DNA of 64,000 bases from a virus (Duplodnaviria > Heunggongvirae > Uroviricota > Caudoviricetes): the IMG/VR virus record IMGVR_UViG_3300042879_005260, positions 29,514 to 93,513 of that record; one strand, 5' to 3'. Under the pieces are notes generated by a model. That model did no database searches, was not told where the DNA came from, and saw only the letters and a program-made list of their open reading frames with translations. Every line of letters begins with the position of its first letter. Position 1 is the first letter of the stretch. The translations under genes were made by a program, and so were the position numbers. Below, piece by piece: positions 46,049 to 55,832 of this stretch.

Positions 46049-46678
46049 ATGGAAAATATAGTGGAAGAGTATAAAATTGTTGATCGTGAAATTAAATACG
46101 AGGGTAGTAACAATTTTAAAATAGAAGAAATAACTTTACAAAAAGGTGATAAAAAAATTAAAAGACAGATTTTTGACAGGGGTAATGCAATTGCCGCACT
46201 TGTTTATAACACCGAAACCAAAAAATTTCTTTTTGTAGATCAATACCGTGCAGGAACAAACGGTAATATGTTAGAAATTGTTGCAGGTGGTATTGAAAAA
46301 AGTGAAAAACCAGAAGATGCTGTTAGACGTGAAATTGCGGAGGAATTAGGTTATAAAGTAGATAAGATAACTCACATTAAAGATTTTTATGTTTCACCTG
46401 GAGCTAACACAGAAATTACTGCACTTTTTTATGTTGAGGTTAGTGAAAAAATTTCTGAGGGTGGTGGTGTCGATGATGAAGATATTAAAATTGTTGAAGT
46501 TGAAGATTTAGGTTTGAGTGGTAATGTTTTTTTCGAAAACATAGATAATGGCGTATTAAAACCACCATATCAAATGATAGACGCAAAAAGTATTATTGCA
46601 ATAAATTGGTGGGTTTCAAATAGTATGATGAAATCTCTTTGGACAACAATTTCTGATTTTAAACTCAAATCTATTTAA
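46049..46678 (+). CDS. Nudix hydrolase (ADP-ribose pyrophosphatase-like)
   Basis: Nudix box GGIEKSEKPEDAVRREIAEELG. Confidence 0.6.
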   Translation: MENIVEEYKIVDREIKYEGSNNFKIEEITLQKGDKKIKRQIFDRGNAIAALVYNTETKKFLFVDQYRAGTNGNMLEIVAGGIEKSEKPEDAVRREIAEELGYKVDKITHIKDFYVSPGANTEITALFYVEVSEKISEGGGVDDEDIKIVEVEDLGLSGNVFFENIDNGVLKPPYQMIDAKSIIAINWWVSNSMMKSLWTTISDFKLKSI

Positions 46679-47292
46679 TGAAAACAATATTTTGGTGTGT
46701 TAACGCACAAGAGGATTTTTTTGAGGGTGGCGTAATCAACATAAAAGGTTCTAACGAAATTAAACCTAAAATAAGCCAATTAACCAATTTCGCTAAGGAA
46801 AATAAAATAAAAACAATTACTGTTGTTTCTTGGAATAAAACAGATGAGGAATGGTTTTCTAAGGATCCAGATTATGTTAAAACTTTTCCACCACATTGTA
46901 TTGAAAACACAAAAGGAACTAATATTATTTCAGAAGCTTTGCCAGACAATAATTATTTTTTAATAAAAAATGATATCCCATATATAATATTTCCTGAAAT
47001 ACATAAACATAGAAATATTATTATTTTTAAAAATAATATTAATTTGATTGAAGGTAATAAATTTGCTGATAGTATTTTAAATAATCTAGGTACCGTAATA
47101 ATGGAAAGACCAAAATATATTGTTTACGGTGTTGGAGCTAATTTGGTAGCTAAAGATTTAACTAAACGTGGTTATGAGGTTAAAGTTGTAAAGGACGCGT
47201 CAGTTGATTTTCCTGGTTTTGAAATTAATTTAGAAGAAAATAATATTGTAACTACAACAACAGAAGATTTACTAACAACACAAGTAGTTTAA
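46678..47292 (+). CDS. isochorismatase/nicotinamidase-family hydrolase
   Basis: IFWCVNAQEDFFEGG...TITVVSWNK...FPPHCIENTKGTN matches isochorismatase-like (PncA-type) signature ...DxQxDF...PPHCv.GT.G. Confidence 0.5.
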   Translation: MKTIFWCVNAQEDFFEGGVINIKGSNEIKPKISQLTNFAKENKIKTITVVSWNKTDEEWFSKDPDYVKTFPPHCIENTKGTNIISEALPDNNYFLIKNDIPYIIFPEIHKHRNIIIFKNNINLIEGNKFADSILNNLGTVIMERPKYIVYGVGANLVAKDLTKRGYEVKVVKDASVDFPGFEINLEENNIVTTTTEDLLTTQVV

Positions 47293-47307
47293 TATAATAA
47301 AAAAAAT

Positions 47308-47913
47308 ATGGAATACACAGAAGAAGAACTTATAGAAGTTGTTCAGAGATGGGAACACACTGGACTTTTATCTAATTTACCACTTTACGAAAAACAAGAG
47401 TTAGCACCACTTTTTGATAACGCTACAAGAGTATTTTTATCTAAAAATTTAGACGAAATAACAAATGATTTAGTGGAAACAGTTTTATACCCCATCTGTA
47501 GACGCCTATATAGACGTGTTGGTTTAGATTTTAATATCGAAAACATGGTTGATTCATTGATTAAAAAAGTTAAAGAAGACAAAGAAATTTTATTAAAAAA
47601 CAATATTGATAGTAGGGTAAATTCTGTTGTTGTATTTTCGGTCAATTTTGCGGATATTTATGAAGATGAAACTACTAATAAAAAACAATTTGATGATGAT
47701 GAATACCTCGATAGAGTTAATAAACTTTTAAATACAATGAAAGAAATTCTTATAAATAAAGAAATGGTTTCTTTTGTGGATAGAACCCAGGATAATTGGG
47801 AGGTTATAACTTCTGATGGTAAAAAATCTGATAAACAAATAAGACATTGGAATCAAAAAATAGCTAGGGAAGTTTTTGAAACCATTTTAAAAGATACAAA
47901 CAAAGGCATATGA
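47308..47913 (+). CDS. hypothetical protein
   Basis: ORF track 201 aa. Confidence 0.4.
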   Translation: MEYTEEELIEVVQRWEHTGLLSNLPLYEKQELAPLFDNATRVFLSKNLDEITNDLVETVLYPICRRLYRRVGLDFNIENMVDSLIKKVKEDKEILLKNNIDSRVNSVVVFSVNFADIYEDETTNKKQFDDDEYLDRVNKLLNTMKEILINKEMVSFVDRTQDNWEVITSDGKKSDKQIRHWNQKIAREVFETILKDTNKGI

Positions 47914-48653
47914 ATGAATGGATACGTAAAGGTGCGGTAGTATTTTCACTTGCAACAAGTAAGGTGGAAAAGGATTTATTGGCACAAAATGAAAGTGAAG
48001 ATATCTTACGTAATAATCATGCTATTATAAATCCTTATAGTAGCAATAAATTAATGAATGATCTTAAGCAAGGTAATGTAACTCGTGAAGTAAAAGAGTT
48101 TCGTAGGAGACATTATCAAATTTTAAAAGAATCCGCTAAATATAAATTTAAAAATGGACAACTTTTATCGGAAGAAGAAGCAAAACATATGAAAATTACA
48201 CAAGGTGATCCCCATGATACTTACCCTGTGGAAGTTGTTTTCAATAATAAACCAATCGGGGCGGCTTTATATGGAACACAAGAAATAAGACCACTAAAGG
48301 TTAAAAGAGGTGTTATTCCAAGGTATAAAATAGAAAATCATACTTCAGTAGTACATATTAGAAATGTTGATGGAGAATATAAACTTTTAGATTTTTACAT
48401 ACCAAAATCTACTGATAATCATTTATTATTGAATGAATTAGAAAATTTAAAATTAAACAAAAAAATAAACGATTTAGTTAACATCACTGAATGTAGTTTT
48501 ACGACTCAAGATTCTGAGATGTTAAATTTTTCATATAAAGTAGTTGCTTTCCATAAAGTTGTTGAATACAATAACAATTATATTGTTAAATTATTTGCAG
48601 AAGTTGTTGAAGACGGTCGATGGATTGCGGATTGGACCCAGATAATTGACTAA
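47910..48653 (+). CDS. hypothetical protein
   Basis: ORF track 247 aa. Confidence 0.4.
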   Translation: MNEWIRKGAVVFSLATSKVEKDLLAQNESEDILRNNHAIINPYSSNKLMNDLKQGNVTREVKEFRRRHYQILKESAKYKFKNGQLLSEEEAKHMKITQGDPHDTYPVEVVFNNKPIGAALYGTQEIRPLKVKRGVIPRYKIENHTSVVHIRNVDGEYKLLDFYIPKSTDNHLLLNELENLKLNKKINDLVNITECSFTTQDSEMLNFSYKVVAFHKVVEYNNNYIVKLFAEVVEDGRWIADWTQIID

Positions 48654-48691
48654 AAAAAAATAACTTTATTTATATTTATATTAAAAATATT

Positions 48692-48997
48692 ATGAACTTT
48701 AAATTACCAAATTTTAAAAAAAGAACACCTACACAAATTAATAAAAGTGTTGCAGAAGGTGATTACACCGGTGGATACCAATTCTTACCTTGGTTATTTT
48801 ATTATCAAAAATTGGTTCTTGTTGCTTTTTTTCTTAATATCTTTTTCGGTGTCAAAGCTTTTGGAATTTATATAAATGCCGGTAACGAAACTTTTACAGC
48901 AATTGTTTCCGTATATTTTGGTTTATTAATCCCTTCTCTTATTGTTTTTTTACTTGTTCGTGAGTATAAACAAAAAAAGAAAGGCATATCAAAATGA
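48692..48997 (+). CDS. small membrane protein
   Basis: two hydrophobic helices. Confidence 0.35.
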   Translation: MNFKLPNFKKRTPTQINKSVAEGDYTGGYQFLPWLFYYQKLVLVAFFLNIFFGVKAFGIYINAGNETFTAIVSVYFGLLIPSLIVFLLVREYKQKKKGISK

Positions 48998-49497
48998 CAT
49001 TTAAAATTAAAAAAGGTAAACATTATTGTGATCAATTTTTATATAAACTATTAAACCTTTTTAATTTTAATAAAAAAATAGAGTATATTGTTAAATTTGA
49101 CAGTTCTTGCATTTACGAATTAAATAAAGAAGACCAATTGGATATTAATAAACTTTTTGGATTTTCTTCTGGATTTTCACACCACCAAAACTCAGTTCGC
49201 TTTGGTTGGAACTATATAGAAGGTAAAATAGTTTTATATGCTTACTGTTACGATGATGGTAAAAGAATTAAATCATATATTTGTCGTGTAGATGTTGAAG
49301 ATGAAATTAAATTGACTATATTTGTGGAAAATGATGCTTACGTTTTTGAAGTTCAAAAATTAAAATTAGGTTCCAGGTCAAAAGTTAAAATGTACAAAAC
49401 AAAAAAGTTTTTATTTGGTTACAATTTGTGGCCATATTTTGGTGGCAATAATGTTGCACCACACGAAATGTCAATTCAAATGACTAAAGTTAATTAA
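48994..49497 (+). CDS. hypothetical protein
   Basis: ORF track 167 aa. Confidence 0.4.
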   Translation: MTFKIKKGKHYCDQFLYKLLNLFNFNKKIEYIVKFDSSCIYELNKEDQLDINKLFGFSSGFSHHQNSVRFGWNYIEGKIVLYAYCYDDGKRIKSYICRVDVEDEIKLTIFVENDAYVFEVQKLKLGSRSKVKMYKTKKFLFGYNLWPYFGGNNVAPHEMSIQMTKVN

Positions 49498-49505
49498 TTA
49501 TATTT

Positions 49506-50030
49506 ATGAGAGAAAAAAAAGTTTCACATCGTTTGAATGCGGAAATTAAACATCGCCAAATTAGGATTATTGGTGACGGTATTGAATCAAAAGTTTGTTC
49601 AGTTTTTGAAGGTATTAAAATTGCAGAAAGTTTGGGTGCGGATTTGGTGGAAATAAACTCAACAAATAACCCACCGATTTGTAAAATCATAAAATATGAT
49701 AAGTTTTTATATGAAGAGAAAAGAAAACAAAAAGAAATTGAAAGACGTAATCGTGAATTACGGGTCGATATTAAAGAAATTAGGCTAACACCTAACATAG
49801 ACACCCATGATATTCAATTTAAAAGCAAACATGCTGCAAATTTTTTATCTCAAGGTGATAAAGTTAAAATTGTAATGCAATTTAAAGGTCGTGAGATTGC
49901 TTATACTGAAAAGGCGGAAAAAACAATCTTAGAATTTGTTCAAAACTTAACTGACTATGGTGCGGCTGAAAGTCTACCTAAAATGGAAGGTAAAAAAATG
50001 TTCATTATAGTTTCACCACGTAAAAAATGA
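49506..50030 (+). CDS. infC: translation initiation factor IF-3
   Basis: HRLNAEIKHRQIRIIGDGIESKVCSV...DLVEINSTNNPPICKIIKY...ELRVDIKEIRLTPNIDTHD...QGDKVKIVMQFKGRE matches IF3 N- and C-domains. Confidence 0.75.
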   Translation: MREKKVSHRLNAEIKHRQIRIIGDGIESKVCSVFEGIKIAESLGADLVEINSTNNPPICKIIKYDKFLYEEKRKQKEIERRNRELRVDIKEIRLTPNIDTHDIQFKSKHAANFLSQGDKVKIVMQFKGREIAYTEKAEKTILEFVQNLTDYGAAESLPKMEGKKMFIIVSPRKK

Positions 50031-50100
50031 ATCGAATAGCAGTTTCAACTAGAATTTCAGTTGTTATCCTTATTTTTTTAATTGTTTACTTGTTGAGTCT

Positions 50101-51573
50101 TTAAACAATACGTTTTCGTACCCATCTCGTTTCATTTGTTTGTGTTTTTTTAACCACTTTATACCCTTCTGTAGACACTTTTTCTATGCGATTATAAGTT
50201 TCTCTATTAATTCTTTTACCGTTACTTAATTGAATACTTTTTTCTGCAACCCTAGTAACTTTTAATTTTTCCCCACTACCCCATCGTCGAAATCCAGATC
50301 TATAAATAACCGTATCACCAACTTTTAACTCACTAGGTCTTATAAATTTATTTACTTTTATTTTTAAATCATTAAAAACATCAACCATATTGTTAAAAAC
50401 AACCTCAACTTCTTGAAGTGTAAAATTTCTTAACACATTAAAAAATGTAAGATTAGATACATTTAAATCGTCAAAAAAGTCAACCTTTATACTATTATAA
50501 TCGATAATATTGTCCGAATCACTAAAATTTTTGAAATAATCCCATTTATAAATTACTGTAGCTGATTTTACGGGTAAACCAATTCCTTTTTCTAAAATCA
50601 AAATAGGATATCCTATTATTTCATCATATTCAAGTTTAAATTTATCTTTAAAATAATTTTCCTGATTTTTATTACGTGTGTCAATAATTATATAGTACTC
50701 AATTGTAGAATTTTCATCTAATTTTTTTTCAGCAAAGAAAAGACTATTCTTTTTTATATCTTCTAAATCTAAAGTATTTCTTTTTTCTAAAATTTTATAA
50801 AATTCATCTATGTAATTTTTGATTTTTTGTTTAATTGTCTCACCCATTAAATTTAAACCTAAGTTAACTGAAAATTTGGCATCTTCCATGTCGTAAAACT
50901 CCCATTCCATTTCATTTTTTAAATCCTTAAAATATATATAAATCGCAAATTTATAGGAATTTGCATCGGGTTTTAACAAATTCACACCTTTTTTATCTAT
51001 TACAAAAATTAAAATACCATCTTCGACATAGTTTTGAAAATAATTAGTATTCGAGGTTGAAACACACCAATTGGAATGTGCTCCATACTGACAAGAGGCT
51101 TCGTGTGTTAAAGGTGTTACCACTAAGTATCTATCATCTTCATATATTTTTATCCTAGATGCGTTTTTAGGGATTATTTTTTCAAAATATTGACATAAAA
51201 TATCTATTGATTCTACTGAATAAACATTGATATCTTTTGGTGATTTTAAAATTCTTTGTACAGTGGAAATAGGGCCACCATCTTTAAAAGCTTCAGTAAC
51301 ATTTTTTTCATTTAAACGATTATAATTGTCATGAAAACATTTAGTTGCGTTAACAGTTTTTTCAATAGACGCTTCAATATCGTCAATTTCCTGTTGTAAT
51401 CTAATAACCTCTTTAACCATCCATTCCAAATATTTGTTATTACCAGAGGGATCATTTATTGAAAGGTCTTTTATCCAGATTTCAGATAATTTTTCAGAAT
51501 ATTTTTTTACCATATCTTCTAAACGACCTTCATTTAGTAATGTTTCTAAAATAATATAGTTAATTGACTTCAT
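50101..51573 (-). CDS. paralogous-family protein A (PL-T-EAS..YGA..WC motif)
   Basis: DDRYLVVTPLTHEASCQYGAHSNWCVSTSN shared with 52115..52975 and 61286..62179. Confidence 0.45.
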   Translation of the reverse strand: MKSINYIILETLLNEGRLEDMVKKYSEKLSEIWIKDLSINDPSGNNKYLEWMVKEVIRLQQEIDDIEASIEKTVNATKCFHDNYNRLNEKNVTEAFKDGGPISTVQRILKSPKDINVYSVESIDILCQYFEKIIPKNASRIKIYEDDRYLVVTPLTHEASCQYGAHSNWCVSTSNTNYFQNYVEDGILIFVIDKKGVNLLKPDANSYKFAIYIYFKDLKNEMEWEFYDMEDAKFSVNLGLNLMGETIKQKIKNYIDEFYKILEKRNTLDLEDIKKNSLFFAEKKLDENSTIEYYIIIDTRNKNQENYFKDKFKLEYDEIIGYPILILEKGIGLPVKSATVIYKWDYFKNFSDSDNIIDYNSIKVDFFDDLNVSNLTFFNVLRNFTLQEVEVVFNNMVDVFNDLKIKVNKFIRPSELKVGDTVIYRSGFRRWGSGEKLKVTRVAEKSIQLSNGKRINRETYNRIEKVSTEGYKVVKKTQTNETRWVRKRIV

Positions 51574-51687
51574 TTTGATATCTTTTTAATTTCTTTTTAA
51601 TAAATAAATATCTAAAGTTTTGTTTGACTTAATATTTTTATTTCTTTATTTTTAAAAGCATATTCTATATTACTCAAAAAAATAAAA

Positions 51688-52113
51688 ATGAAAACAATAA
51701 TTGATGAAACCCTGATTATTAATTTAAAACCAGAAATCATTAAAGACGAAACTAGAGGTCTCATAGGTGCAAAGTTTAAATGGGGTATTTTGGCTAAACC
51801 TGAAATTATCTCAAAAGATGAAAATGGAGTAAAAGTTTTCTGTCCAAACAATATCGATCCTAAAATTGGTATCAGAGACGTACAATCTATGCGTTTATTT
51901 TCTATACACATTGTTAAGCAAATGATTGAAAACAAAGAACAAATAGATCAAACAGAAGTATATTCAAAAATAAATTTTGAGTTACCTGATGATATTAAAA
52001 ATTTTATTGTTAAAGTTCTAGAGGAGTTGGAAATTAAAGTCCTGGATGAAATCTTTTATCACAATAATCCAATAAAACCTATAAAAGAAGAAATTAAAAA
52101 AATATCAATTTAA
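51688..52113 (+). CDS. hypothetical protein
   Basis: ORF track 141 aa; co-directional with downstream genes. Confidence 0.35.
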   Translation: MKTIIDETLIINLKPEIIKDETRGLIGAKFKWGILAKPEIISKDENGVKVFCPNNIDPKIGIRDVQSMRLFSIHIVKQMIENKEQIDQTEVYSKINFELPDDIKNFIVKVLEELEIKVLDEIFYHNNPIKPIKEEIKKISI

Positions 52114-52114
52114 A

Positions 52115-52975
52115 ATGGGAAAAAAAGAACTTAAAGAACAAAATCCAGATTTAATATTGGATTTAGTTGAGGTCATAAATAAATTTGATCCAACAAAAAC
52201 AGGGAAACTTACTGCTTTTTTAATAAAAATGTTTCGAAAAGGTATAACTAAACATTTTGTTTTTGAAAATACTCAAAAAATAGTAGGTAATAACGACCTT
52301 GAAAATGTTTGGATTAATTTTTTATTTGACTGTTATGGTGATGAAAATTTAAAACATTTAAAAGAATATTCTGAACATTTAGAAGCAGACAGAATTCCTT
52401 TGGGAAAAAGAGATATTAATAAAATAGAAAATTGGGATGAATTGATTAATATTGTCTCAAACGCTAAAATTAAATTGGCAGAAAAAAAATTAAAAAAAGA
52501 GATAATGGTAGTTTTCGAAGATGAGGATTATTTGGTTGTTAGACCTTTAAGTTTTGAGGCTTCTACGACTTATGGTTCTGGTACTAAATGGTGTACGGCT
52601 TCAATAAATAATCCAGATTATTTTTATCGTTATTCAAAAAAAGGCGTCCTATCTTATCTTTTTGATAAAAAAAATAATAAAAAATTTGGTATCATCTATG
52701 AAAAAGAAAATAATTCTATTTCTTTTTGGAACGAAAAAGATGATCGTCTAGATAGTATTGAAACAAATTTACCAGATTTTTTACTTAAATTTGTTTACGA
52801 ATATTCAAAAAAAGAAGAAAGTAATTATTATTATTTCACAACAATAATTAAAGAAATTTGTGATAAAAATTTATTTGGAATGGATGAAGGTGTGTTGGTT
52901 GCAATGCCAACGGAACAAGAGTATGTTCATAGAGAGGAAGAATTTATTTATGATAACAACAATCTAAATTTTTAA
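52115..52975 (+). CDS. paralogous-family protein A member
   Basis: DEDYLVVRPLSFEASTTYGSGTKWCTASIN. Confidence 0.45.
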   Translation: MGKKELKEQNPDLILDLVEVINKFDPTKTGKLTAFLIKMFRKGITKHFVFENTQKIVGNNDLENVWINFLFDCYGDENLKHLKEYSEHLEADRIPLGKRDINKIENWDELINIVSNAKIKLAEKKLKKEIMVVFEDEDYLVVRPLSFEASTTYGSGTKWCTASINNPDYFYRYSKKGVLSYLFDKKNNKKFGIIYEKENNSISFWNEKDDRLDSIETNLPDFLLKFVYEYSKKEESNYYYFTTIIKEICDKNLFGMDEGVLVAMPTEQEYVHREEEFIYDNNNLNF

Positions 52976-52996
52976 ACAGACGGATATTTATATTAT

Positions 52997-53419
52997 GTGA
53001 AAAACCTTATAAAAAAAATATTAAGAGAAGAGTTTGATGATTTTGATTGGGTGGGGGAAATTAAAGAATTTTCCCCCGCTGAAGAATTTCTTTATGAAAT
53101 TATGTCCAATTTAAAGGCGGTTCCTTCGGAAAAAAATCCAGGTTGGATGTTATATAAGGATAAAAGTGGGCTAAATTTAATGGCGGATAATGTGGATAGA
53201 AATGAAAAAAACCCTTGTTTATGGGTTGATTATGATGAAATTTGGTCAAAATTAAGTCAAAAATTTGGTCTTAACTATCAGGAAACCAAAGACTTATGCG
53301 TGCGTATGCTGGAGATGACCCATAAACGAAAGGTATTGACATCTGATGGCCTGCCTGCACGGTTTCTTGTTTTGCTGGAGATGACCCATAAACGAAAGGT
53401 ATTAACCTCATATTTATAA
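52997..53419 (+). CDS. array-associated family protein (apparent GTG start); 3' end runs through mini-array E
   Basis: VKNLIKKILREEFDDFDWVGEIKEFSPAEEF...CVRMLEMTHKRKVLT; ATG at 52994 is followed by TGA, GTG in frame. Confidence 0.5.
   Translation: MKNLIKKILREEFDDFDWVGEIKEFSPAEEFLYEIMSNLKAVPSEKNPGWMLYKDKSGLNLMADNVDRNEKNPCLWVDYDEIWSKLSQKFGLNYQETKDLCVRMLEMTHKRKVLTSDGLPARFLVLLEMTHKRKVLTSYL
53308..53409 (+). CRISPR. mini-array E: 2 repeats (36 bp), 1 spacer (30 bp)
   Basis: repeats 53308-53343 and 53374-53409 (degenerate distal); spacer 53344-53373 tgatggcctgcctgcacggtttcttgtttt. Confidence 0.6.
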
Positions 53420-53422
53420 AAT

Positions 53423-53806
53423 ATGAAAAATTTTATAAGAAAAATATTAAGAGAAGAGTTTGATGATTTTGATTGGGTGGGGGAAATTAAAGAATTTTCC
53501 CCCGCTGAAGAATTTCTTTATGAAATCATGTCCAATTTAACAATGATTCCTTCTGAAAATTATCCAGGTTGGATGTTGTATAAAGATGAAATCGGAAGAA
53601 TATTAATGGCTGATGATATTGACCTTAATGACGGGGCTCCAAGTTTATTAATATCTTATCATGGAATATTTCAAATTTTAAGAAATAAGTTCAAACTTGA
53701 ATATGGTGAGATGGTGAAATCATCTAAAAAAATATTTAATTTGGTACACAAACGCCAAGTTGATGCTGTCGGAGCACTTTATAACTTACATTTATCACAA
53801 TTTTAA
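53423..53806 (+). CDS. array-associated family member with diverged C-terminus (no array)
   Basis: MKNFIRKILREEFDDFDWVGEIKEFSPAEEF... ends LVHKRQVDAV instead of LEMTHKRKVLT. Confidence 0.5.
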   Translation: MKNFIRKILREEFDDFDWVGEIKEFSPAEEFLYEIMSNLTMIPSENYPGWMLYKDEIGRILMADDIDLNDGAPSLLISYHGIFQILRNKFKLEYGEMVKSSKKIFNLVHKRQVDAVGALYNLHLSQF

Positions 53807-53815
53807 CGGTAAAAT

Positions 53816-54043
53816 TTAAGCTTTTTTTACCACATCTTTAACAAAAGAACGTAGTTTACCATCTTCCATTATGATTTCAAAAATAGGTACCATGTCTGGA
53901 TACATACTTTTTAAAGTTTCATCAGGAATCATGTAACTTTCAACTTCATACATATCTGCGACACGTCCTTTTAAAGGTGGGTTAAAACTGGTAATTAAAA
54001 CGTTATCGTTAATTTTCATATTGTTTATTATGGTTTTTTTCAT
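53816..54043 (-). CDS. hypothetical small protein
   Basis: ORF track 75 aa. Confidence 0.3.
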   Translation of the reverse strand: MKKTIINNMKINDNVLITSFNPPLKGRVADMYEVESYMIPDETLKSMYPDMVPIFEIIMEDGKLRSFVKDVVKKA

Positions 54044-54615
54044 TTTTTAGAATTTTTTTCAATATTATCAAAAAGAACTTTAGACATTCTTAATTCTGTT
54101 TTCATCCCACTAAAATTAAGTAAAATACCATCATAGTAAACTTCACTAATTAATTTATCTAAAATAATATTTTCTTTTTTATCGTGAATTGTTTTTTGGA
54201 TAAATTTAAACTTATTAAAATCAAAAGATTCTTCAGTTACAAAAATAACATCCATAAAAACACCTTCTAAGGTTTGTAAAGAAGTCATAACAACGTCACT
54301 AGTAACTGGGTAGTTATAACCTTCTTCCTCAATTAAAGAAAATTTATTAAAAACACAATCTTCTAAAACATTTATTGGCATATTAACTATTTCTTCATTA
54401 TTTACTTGTATTATTATATCACCTTTTTTAATACCAAAATCGTGAAATTCCTTTTTAATCTCCCAATTTTTTTTTAAAATTTTATTTAGATTTTTATTCC
54501 AAACATTATTAAGGGTTTCTGAGTTTTCTATCTCTTGATAAACATTTTTTGTGATGACGCCCCTCACGACATCGTAGCCTTCAGTTCCTTTAAGAATTAT
54601 TCTTACGATATCCAT
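54040..54615 (-). CDS. hypothetical protein
   Basis: ORF track 191 aa. Confidence 0.4.
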   Translation of the reverse strand: MDIVRIILKGTEGYDVVRGVITKNVYQEIENSETLNNVWNKNLNKILKKNWEIKKEFHDFGIKKGDIIIQVNNEEIVNMPINVLEDCVFNKFSLIEEEGYNYPVTSDVVMTSLQTLEGVFMDVIFVTEESFDFNKFKFIQKTIHDKKENIILDKLISEVYYDGILLNFSGMKTELRMSKVLFDNIEKNSKK

Positions 54616-54734
54616 AGTATATTAAATTTAAGATTGTTATTGTTAACCTTAACTTTTAATAAATATCTTCTCGGTCAGACTCTTAAATTATTTAAAGTTT
54701 AATTTTTAATTAAAACCTATATATTTATTTTTAT

Positions 54735-54920
54735 ATGTTAATAGTTAAAGTCACAGGAAAAATAGATTCAGCAATTAAAGCTTTACGTTCAAAAGTTATT
54801 AAAACCCGCCAAATGCGAGAACTTAATGATAGAAGAGAATATAAAAAAGATTCAGAAAAGCGTAGAGAGATGGTAAAGAAGGCAATTCACGTTCAAAAAA
54901 AATATAAAAACAAAGATTGA
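54735..54920 (+). CDS. rpsU: ribosomal protein bS21
   Basis: 61-aa basic protein MLIVKVTGKIDSAIKALRSKV...RREYKKDSEKRREMVKKA follows the S21 pattern (IKV..AL+.F+....+....RRRE.YEKP). Confidence 0.55.
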   Translation: MLIVKVTGKIDSAIKALRSKVIKTRQMRELNDRREYKKDSEKRREMVKKAIHVQKKYKNKD

Positions 54921-54923
54921 TTT

Positions 54924-55826
54924 TTATATTTTTTGCATCCAAACCCTTTTATCTGGTTGATTATTCATTAAATCAACAAAGGTTGCATTTTGTATAACAC
55001 CATCAGATATGAATGTCGCTTGAATTTGACCACTCCAATCACCGTTAAAAGTAGTGAAATTATAGAGAGAAAGGCTTTTCATATTATTACCAACTATACC
55101 CGATAAACTATAATTTTTAGGGGTCGAATTATTCCAGATATATTCTGTTTCTGAAATAAATGTAATTGTATCATTCACTGTTATGTTAGTTAAATTATCT
55201 AAATAATTAGTTAAAACCCAAGTAGTACCTGCTAATGTCTGTACTGGTGAACCAAGGTTGATAAGCCCACCATATTCATAACCATATGGTACAGATGGTA
55301 TAATTGGTGTTATTCCCGGGTTAGAAGTAAAAGTTAAGATTGTGTAAAATTTAAAATTACTGTTGTTACTATTTCCATAACTTTCATAAATTTTAAAAGA
55401 TATAAAATCATTATATCCCGAAATTATTTCCATGATTCTGGAACTTCCATTTTCCAACCCAATAACTTTATAAACACCAGGAAGTACTTCAAAATCATAA
55501 ACTAAAACGTTGTTTAATGTAAATTTTTTATTATTTTCAGAAAATTGCCAGGTTGTTACGTTTTTAATTATGTTATCAATTGGTAAAAAAGTGGTACTAA
55601 AAACATCTAAATTACTTTCTGTTTGGTTTACACCAAAATGGTCATAATATGTAAATGTATTTCCGTCTAAATCTTCGATAAAAACTTTTGCATCGTACAA
55701 AGTCCAAACTTTATTTAACGGACTTTGTGAGGCTGTTGGATATTTCTCATAAAAAGTGCTAGGTTTAATTTCTTCTTTGTTACAACATATAAGAAAAAAA
55801 TAAACTAAAAATATTAAATATCGCAT
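54924..55826 (-). CDS. lipoprotein, hypothetical
   Basis: MRYLIFLVYFFLICC signal with lipobox-like Cys. Confidence 0.4.
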   Translation of the reverse strand: MRYLIFLVYFFLICCNKEEIKPSTFYEKYPTASQSPLNKVWTLYDAKVFIEDLDGNTFTYYDHFGVNQTESNLDVFSTTFLPIDNIIKNVTTWQFSENNKKFTLNNVLVYDFEVLPGVYKVIGLENGSSRIMEIISGYNDFISFKIYESYGNSNNSNFKFYTILTFTSNPGITPIIPSVPYGYEYGGLINLGSPVQTLAGTTWVLTNYLDNLTNITVNDTITFISETEYIWNNSTPKNYSLSGIVGNNMKSLSLYNFTTFNGDWSGQIQATFISDGVIQNATFVDLMNNQPDKRVWMQKI

Positions 55827-55832
55827 TTTATT

